NCBI GenBank assembly: GCA_038142325.1
Contig: JAYQJW010000002.1
Coordinates: 491,324 to 555,323, forward strand
Reading direction: 5' to 3'
DNA from: Gammaproteobacteria bacterium
GTDB taxonomy: Bacteria > Pseudomonadota > Gammaproteobacteria > GCA-002705445 > GCA-002716945
DNA: 64,000 bases
The notes under the pieces are model-generated. The model had not been told where the DNA came from. It saw nothing but the letters and a program-made list of their open reading frames with translations, and made no database searches. Each line of letters starts with the position of its first letter. The stretch's first letter is position 1. Positions 57,119-64,000 of this stretch are shown here, in pieces. Both the position numbers and the translations under genes were made by a program.

Positions 57119-58146
57119 TTAGTGCATCTGCACCTATTATTATTAATTTAGACTCAATATCTATCAGCACTGAGGAAAAAGATCTATTATCAAGTAATTT
57201 GATTGGTGGCGTAATTTTATTTAGTCATAATTATGCAAATAAAAATCAAATTAAATCATTAATATCATCTATCAAAGAAATTAGAGATAATATTATTATA
57301 TGCATTGATCATGAGGGTGGTCGTATTCAAAGATTTAAAAATGAATTTACATTACTTCCATCATTTCAAGTAATTGGTAATTTATATTCTATTGATAAGA
57401 CAAAAGCTGAAGATCTAGCTTACTATTCAGGATACATTGCAGGTTATGAATTGAAAGACATTGGTATTGATATTAACTTCTCTCCTGTTGTTGATTTAAC
57501 ATCAAAGAGTTCTGTATTGAACAGTCGAACTTTTTCAAATAACCCAAATGTCGTTGTAGATTTAGCATGCAAATATATTCAAGGTTATGTAGATAATGGT
57601 ATTATACCAACACTAAAGCATTTCCCAGGGCATGGTGTGATAACAACAGATACACACACAGATATTTCATATTGTAACCTTTCTTATGAACAACTTGATT
57701 CGCATATTTATAGTTTTCAAAATATTCATACTAAAATTAAGATACCAATTATGACTGGTCATATTATTTACCCGAAAGTTTCAGATCAACCTGTCACATC
57801 ATCTTCAAAATGGCTACGAGTAATATCAAATAACATTTTTTCTCAAAAACCATTCTTTATAAGTGATGACTTAGAAATGAAAGGTTTATCTGATCATTTT
57901 AAAAATGAGAGTAGGTTAAATATCTTTAAAAAAGTCTTGTCTTCTGGTTGCGATATGTCAATTATAACTACAATGCAAAATCAGAAATTAATTGAAGATA
58001 AAAAAAGCTATTACTTTTATCAAAAAGAATTTATTGAACCTTTAGGCAAATCAGGCAAAATTCAGATATCAGATATCAATATTCCATGCAGTGACGATAT
58101 ATCATATAATATAGGTGATTTTGATGTTTATAAAAATGCTCATTAA
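57115..58146 (+). CDS. nagZ: Beta-N-acetylhexosaminidase (GH3)
   Basis: GGVILF, DHEGGRIQRF, KHFPGHG..DTH, SDDLEM. Confidence 0.93.
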   Translation: MISASAPIIINLDSISISTEEKDLLSSNLIGGVILFSHNYANKNQIKSLISSIKEIRDNIIICIDHEGGRIQRFKNEFTLLPSFQVIGNLYSIDKTKAEDLAYYSGYIAGYELKDIGIDINFSPVVDLTSKSSVLNSRTFSNNPNVVVDLACKYIQGYVDNGIIPTLKHFPGHGVITTDTHTDISYCNLSYEQLDSHIYSFQNIHTKIKIPIMTGHIIYPKVSDQPVTSSSKWLRVISNNIFSQKPFFISDDLEMKGLSDHFKNESRLNIFKKVLSSGCDMSIITTMQNQKLIEDKKSYYFYQKEFIEPLGKSGKIQISDINIPCSDDISYNIGDFDVYKNAH

Positions 58147-58174
58147 ATATTTGGATAATATCTCTTTAAATTAA

Positions 58175-59230
58175 ATGAATCTAATACTAGATAATGCACA
58201 TTTTGACTTGATTACTCTGAGCCTTGCTGCTGTATTTTTACTTACAATAAAAAATAAAATTATTAATGTCATATTATCTTTGTCAAAAAAATCAAATACA
58301 GTTTATGATGAACTTTTACTTCATTCAGTAAAAACACCATCTTCATATTTAATTATAATTGGTTATTTATTGCTACTTCTTAATTATCTCAAAAATGAAA
58401 AAATTATAATTTATGATTTCCATTTATCATCATCAATATTTATTTTGATGGTCATATTAATTTCGTGGTCAATCCAAAGAGGTTTAAACTTTTATATTGA
58501 TTCTAAACCTTTTTTAAAAAATATCTCTGAAGAAGATGACGCTACTTTAGTATCCGAGACATATGAAATAGTTGTAAGAATAATTAAAGTTATTGTTGTA
58601 GTGATTGCAATTTTATTAATCATGCAAGAATTGGGATTAAGCATATCTGGTCTTTTAGCATTTGGGGGCGTTGGAGGTTTAATAGTAGGTTTAGCTGCCA
58701 AAGACCTTCTTTCAAATTTCTTTGGTGGAATGATGATCTTTTTTGATCGACCATTTAGGGTTGGTGAATTTATTAAATCTCCAGATAGAAATATTGAGGG
58801 CATTGTTGAAAAGATTGGATGGAGATTAACAGTTGTTAGAACCTTTTCAAAAAATGTCCTTTATATTCCAAATACTGCATTTTCAAGCATTATTGTTGAA
58901 AATGCTACACGAATGTCTAATAGAAGAATAAACGAGACAATAGGAATTAGATATGATGATCTTAAAAAGATGAACCTTATACTTAATGATGTCACCAATG
59001 CTTTGGAAAAAAATTCAAAAATAGATCAGACTATTAAGCCAAAAGTATATTTTAAAAGCTTTGCGCCTTCTTCATGTGATTTTTTTGTTTATGCATTTAC
59101 AGTTACAAAAGATTGGGAAGAATTTCTATCTATTAAACAGGGTATTCTATTTGAAATCGCAGAAATTATTGAAAATCATAATGCTGAAATTGCCTACCCT
59201 ACATCAACAGTATTTATCAATAAGAACTAA
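58175..59230 (+). CDS. MscS-family mechanosensitive channel
   Basis: GLLAFGGVGGL, DRPFRVGE, EGIVEKIGWR, YIPN, EIAYPT. Confidence 0.93.
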   Translation: MNLILDNAHFDLITLSLAAVFLLTIKNKIINVILSLSKKSNTVYDELLLHSVKTPSSYLIIIGYLLLLLNYLKNEKIIIYDFHLSSSIFILMVILISWSIQRGLNFYIDSKPFLKNISEEDDATLVSETYEIVVRIIKVIVVVIAILLIMQELGLSISGLLAFGGVGGLIVGLAAKDLLSNFFGGMMIFFDRPFRVGEFIKSPDRNIEGIVEKIGWRLTVVRTFSKNVLYIPNTAFSSIIVENATRMSNRRINETIGIRYDDLKKMNLILNDVTNALEKNSKIDQTIKPKVYFKSFAPSSCDFFVYAFTVTKDWEEFLSIKQGILFEIAEIIENHNAEIAYPTSTVFINKN

Positions 59231-62200
59231 CACGTAATTTCAGATATTACTTTTATGATTTCAGAACAAATATCTGAAAAACTTCCATCTGATTCAATCG
59301 AGTATTTGATTTGATTACTATTGATAATTTTAATTCTTTTTGAATTTGTATATTTGTCTACAAGAGTTGTAGTGTCTATTGAATTTTCATCATTTAGGAT
59401 TATTACAACATTATCTCTATTAATTTTTATTCTTTGCGCACCTAATGCGCCTCCTGCAATTTTTACTCGGCTAAGATCTAAGAGATTTAACAAGTGATCA
59501 GGTATAGGGCCAAATATATCAATTAAATTCGTCATAATTTGATTAATGTCATGATCATTTGTAGCGCTTGAAATATCCTTATAAAAATCTAACCTCTGAA
59601 ATATATCCTCTATATAATCTTGAGGAATTAATGTTGATTCGAACGCATCAATTTCAACTTGATTCGTATCATCTGTTTCATCAATATTCTTAAGCCGATT
59701 AACAGCACGTGAGAGCATAGAGGTATACATGCCATAACCAATTTCAGTAATTTGTCCGCTTTGCTCCTCTCCTAAAAGTTCACCAGCACCTCTAATTTCT
59801 AGATCATGACTAGCTATATCCAGTCCTCCGGCCAAACTATTAGTGTTTATAAATGCATCTATTCTTTTTTGAGCTTCATTTGTAAGTTTTTTTTGATCAT
59901 CTATAATCATTCCTGCGTATGCTTGTTTTGCACTTCTTCCAACTCTACCTCTAATTTGATGAAGTTGAGATAAACCAAAGTTTTGAGCATTATTTATTAT
60001 AATTGTATTTACATTAGTCATATCTAAGCCGCTTTCAATTATACTTGTACAAATAAGTATGTTTATTTTTTCACTTAAAAAACTATTCATCACTTTTTGA
60101 ATTTGTTGTGTTGACATTCTTCCATGAACATTATCAATTTTGTAATTTGAATTTATTCCTCTTAAATATGATATTTCGTCATTCATAGTTTCAATTCTGT
60201 TATGAATATATAAAACTTGTCCACCCCTAGTGATTTCACGATCTATGTATTCTCTAATCTCACTTTCTGATTTATTAATAATATTCGTCTGTATATTTTT
60301 TCTTCCTATAGGAGGAGTGTTAATAATACTCATATCTTTTATTTCTGAGAGAGCAGTATTAAGAGTTCTAGGAATAGGTGTTGCAGTTAATGTCAAAACA
60401 TCGATATTATTTTTAATATTTTTAATAGACTCTTTATGTTTTACGCCAAATTTATGCTCTTCATCTATAATTAATAATCCTAAATTTGCATATTTAATTT
60501 CTTTATTCAATAATGCATGAGTACCGATTACTATATTAGTTTTACTATTTAACAAATTATTTTTGACATCTAACTTTTCTTTTTGAGAAACTGCTCGTGT
60601 CATTAATTCAATTTTAGTATCATAATTTATAAATCTTTTTGTAAATGTATCGTAATGCTGTTTAGCTAGTACAGTTGTAGGCACTATAACAACTACTTGT
60701 TTATCATTATTAATTGCAATAAATGCTGCCCTCAGTATCACTTCTGTTTTGCCGAAACCTACATCTCAACAGATAACTCTATCCATAGCTTTTAACGAGC
60801 ACATATCTTCAATCACTTGATTTATGGTGCTTAATTGGTCATCTGTTTCAACATATGGAAATAAATTACAGAATTTTCCATATTCATGTGTATCTAAATT
60901 AAATTTATAACCTTTATTTAGTTCTCTTTGTGCTTGAATAGTCAGTAATTCAGCAGCAATATCCTCAATTTTCTTTTTAGCTCTTTGTTTAATTTTTAGC
61001 CATCTATCTGTACCTAACTCTGAGAGTTTAGTGTTGATACCAGTATTTCCAATATATTTTTGTATTAAAGATATAGAAGTAATAGGCATATAAAGATTAT
61101 TATTATCTGCGTATTCAATCTTGACTAATTCTGTTACTTTATTTTCTATATTCATGATTTCAAGACCTTTATATCTTCCTATTCCATGTTCTTGGTGAAC
61201 AATATAATCATTGAATTTTATTTGAGTAAGGTTATCAATAACTGATGATTTAAGTATTTCTTTAGAAGATAATCGAGTTTTAATAAGCCCAAAAAGATCA
61301 TTGGAGCTGACATAGATAATTTTTTTATTATTATCAGTAAATCCTTCGTTTATATGTTCTCTCATTATTTGAATTTTATATCTTGAAATACTAATATTAT
61401 CCGTTTCATAGAATTCAATATCTTGAGATTTTAGATAGTCTGTTAATGTTTTATAATTGTCATTTCTCTCTATAAAAAATATAAAATTATATTTAGAATT
61501 AAAAAGAACCTTTTCTAAATTTATAAATGGATTTTTATAATTATAATTGATAGCCAATGACGGCAAAGTTGTGTAGCTAGATTTATGAAAATTCTTTTCT
61601 TTCGTATAATCAGATGCTATAAAAAAATAATTATTATTGACAATATGTTCAACATCATTTTCACTTATTATTAGTTCATCTGGTTTAATAAGATATCTAT
61701 TAAATATTTCATTATCATAGATTTTATTTAATGTATTTCTAAAGTCATTATATTCTTCGTGTAAATTTTTGTTCATGAAGCAAACTAAATTATTACCAAG
61801 CAATGATATTAATGACTCTGATTTTTTCTGAAGAGTATAGGAATTAGGTTATGAATATAATTTTTACTATCATTTGAAATAATCTTCTCATACTCAATAT
61901 CTTCGATATATTCAGAATCAAAATATTTTTTTACGTTTGCTTTATAAAATTCAATATTTTTCTGATCTAAGTGATAAATGCAACCAGATGTGAGTATGCC
62001 GCTGTCAATATCATTTTTTGTTAATTGAGTAGTCGAATTAAATATTTTTAAAGATTCTAAAATATCTTCAAAAAAATTTACTCTTACAGGATCATGTGAA
62101 GATATAGAAAAGAAATCTACTATTGATCCTGATATTCGATATTGACCAGGCTCAATAACCTTAGATGTTTTTTCATAATTAAAGGATTTTAATGTATCTA

Positions 62201-62597
62201 TAAGTTCGTTATATTTTATGTATTTGTCAATTTTTTTCCATGATTTTGATATTTCATTTAATTGTGGAATTTTATAAAATATTGATCTGCAGGATGTAAT
62301 TATTATTTTGTTGTCAGCATTATGAGATAACTCTATCAAACATTCATATCTATCTTTAATTATATCTTTGTCAATCGCGACGCTGCTATAATCATCAAGT
62401 CCATAATTTGGAAATTTAAAAATTTTTTTTGCTTTATATAGTTTTGATAATTCATTATATAAAGCATCAATTTGATGATTATTGTCTAAAATTATTAGTG
62501 TATTTTGATATTTTTTTGATAGCTCATCCATTTCAATGATATACGAGGAGCCAACAATATTTTTTACAACATTGAATCCTTTATTAAGTTGTTTCAT
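59227..62597 (-). CDS. mfd: Transcription-repair coupling factor (frameshift ~61825; in-frame TGA at 60766-60768)
   Basis: RID (VHQEHGIGRY), MDRVIC*DVGFGKTEV, IDEEHKFGV, TATPIPRTL, QIRGRVGRS, DLEIRGAGELLGEEQSG; N-terminal UvrB-like part divergent. Confidence 0.94.
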
Positions 62598-62603
62598 AAT
62601 TTC

Positions 62604-62638
62604 AAAAAAAAAGCAGCACATTTAATCATGTGCTGCTT
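62604..62638 (-). terminator. Rho-independent terminator of the microprotein-rhodanese unit
   Basis: AAGCAGCACAT-N6-ATGTGCTGCTT 11-bp stem followed on the minus strand by a long T run; 17 nt after the rhodanese stop. Confidence 0.85.
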
Positions 62639-62655
62639 AATCGGATAATATTGTT

Positions 62656-63338
62656 TTATTTAACGGTATTGAATCCTAAGTTTTCCCAGTTTTGCATACC
62701 ACCACGGTACCATTTAATTTTATTTGCTGGATAACCGTATCTTAATAAGACTTTTGATGTTATTAGGTGATTGACCGCACCACATTCCGTTACAAAACAG
62801 AACTAGGGTTTTTGCATCATCAAAATAGAAAAGTCCATTTTGCTCTTTAGCGCCAAATTTACTAGTCATTAATTCAGCTATAGATAGTGGATCTGCACCT
62901 TTCCTTTCACTCAAAAGAGTCCAAGGTAAATTCACGGCACCTGGAATTGTTCCTTTAGCAACCCAATCAGGTGTTCTAGAAGTCTATAAGCATGATCTCT
63001 GAGCCATCTGGCATCTTTTGCCCCTTACTCATCATTACAGCATAATGAATTAATTCTTGTTCACCAAGAGTTTCAATACCTGGTCTTAATTGCATTGGTT
63101 GAATGCAAAATGGCGGACAAGGTCTAGACGTTTTAGCAAAAGCTGGATTAACTGTTGCACTGTTATCTTGGTTTCTCATGATTTTATGTTCACCAACTGA
63201 TACTGAAAGTCCTAACTCAAGTGAATTTGGACCATCTGCTTTTGAAATTGCAACTGGTTTACCTGCAAATGCAGAAAACGATACAAGAACAAAAGAGAGT
63301 AGAGCAGCTGATAATACGTTATGTTTAATTTTTAACAT
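62656..63338 (-). CDS. Secreted rhodanese-domain sulfurtransferase, SoxL-like (frameshifts ~62980 and ~62743)
   Basis: Reassembled ~226 aa: signal peptide (..SAFA), SRPCPPFCIQP, IDSRTPDW..GTIPGAVNLPW, LFCNGMWCGQS, WYRGGMQNWENLG; GGAGGAG SD. SoxL resemblance is from memory of the family. Confidence 0.85.
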
Positions 63339-63353
63339 ATCTCCTCCCATTAA

Positions 63354-63506
63354 TTATTCACAATCTGGCTCTTCATCATCTGAAGACTTTTCTTTCTCAT
63401 CCTCAGCAAATATTATATTTGAGGTTATTTCATCATCTGCAAACGATGGTTGAGTTATTGAAATACTCATAATAAGCATTGCTAATATTAAAAAGTAGTT
63501 TCTCAT
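63354..63506 (-). CDS. Secreted acidic microprotein, 50 aa, C-terminal EEPDCE (not in ORF track)
   Basis: Hand translation: MRNYFLILAMLIMSISITQPSFADDEITSNIIFAEDEKEKSSDDEEPDCE*; AAGGAG SD upstream; Sec-type signal ending SFA; 15 nt from the rhodanese start. Confidence 0.8.
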   Translation of the reverse strand: MRNYFLILAMLIMSISITQPSFADDEITSNIIFAEDEKEKSSDDEEPDCE

Positions 63507-63611
63507 TGTGTAAAAATCTCCTTTATTTTAAGCACTGATTGAATTAAGGACATTATAATGGTTACTTATGAGATTTGACATATATTTTTATAATAATCAC
63601 TAAATTATTGC

Positions 63612-64000
63612 TTAATTTAGAAAATTCCATGATCTTTTTGCTGTATTTTGATCACGAAAATCAATTTTATGATCAACTACAGATTGTTTTGATTGGCATT
63701 TTTTTACAATATTACCATTAGAATCTGTAATGAAAGCTATTCCCCCAAAACTTTATAGTTTGATTTACTTCTGTTTCATTACCAATTCTATTGGCAACAA
63801 TCATTGGTGTATTTATCATAAGACTATTAGCTTTGATGACATCAAACCATTTATGCTGTTCATTTTTTAAGTTAAAAATTCTCTTTTTGTAAAAGCAATG
63901 TCCAATTGCAGTTGGACAAATTATTAAGTTGATATTATTTTTTTTTCATAAATGCATATGAATTCATATGCCACTGATCCCAACATATCATTACACCAAT
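63612..64000 (-). CDS. Carbon-nitrogen hydrolase, N-carbamoylputrescine amidase-like, 3' part (frameshifted; truncated by window edge)
   Basis: Hand translation: IGVMICWDQW, CPTAIG, ANRIG, FWGNSFITD, ending RSWNFLN*. Confidence 0.8.

Noticed and set aside
63103-63453. 116-aa plus-strand ORF
   Set aside because: Antisense shadow of the rhodanese and microprotein, which have the SDs, signal peptides and motifs.
63551-63594. TTGACA (63575-63580) and TATAAT (63589-63594) on the plus strand, and the palindrome CATTATAATG
   Set aside because: The 8-nt spacing is wrong for sigma70 and it points away from the microprotein. The minus-strand TATAAT at 63557-63552 may be the real -10 but has no matching -35, so it was not called.

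Overview
Strongly AT-rich, gene-dense chromosomal segment of a streamlined Gammaproteobacterium. It is almost all housekeeping: recR, nadB/rpoE-rseA-mucD-lepA-lepB-rnc-era-recO, lpxH-ppi/cysS, six tRNAs, tig-clpPX-lon-hupB-ppiD, fabI, yejABEF, dapE-map, rpsB-tsf-frr-uppS-cdsA-dxr-rseP-bamA-skp-lpxD-fabZ-lpxA, rnhB-dnaE-accA-tilS-pyrG-kdsA-eno-ftsB-ispD-ispF-nagZ-mscS, mfd. About twenty genes, many essential, carry single-base indels (often in homopolymers) and two carry isolated in-frame stops; I read these as unpolished long-read errors, not pseudogenes. No mobile element, prophage, CRISPR array or rRNA was seen. Two loci stand out. (1) An unannotated 50-aa secreted, acidic microprotein ending in EEPDCE lies directly upstream of a secreted four-cysteine (CPPFC + CNGMWC) SoxL-like rhodanese, with strong RBSs and a shared terminator: a candidate periplasmic sulfur-carrier/sulfurtransferase pair. 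(2) A gnnA-gnnB-lpxB block is inverted inside the lipid A operon, predicting a 2,3-diamino-glucose lipid A backbone. All assignments are from motif recognition and synteny; no searches were run.
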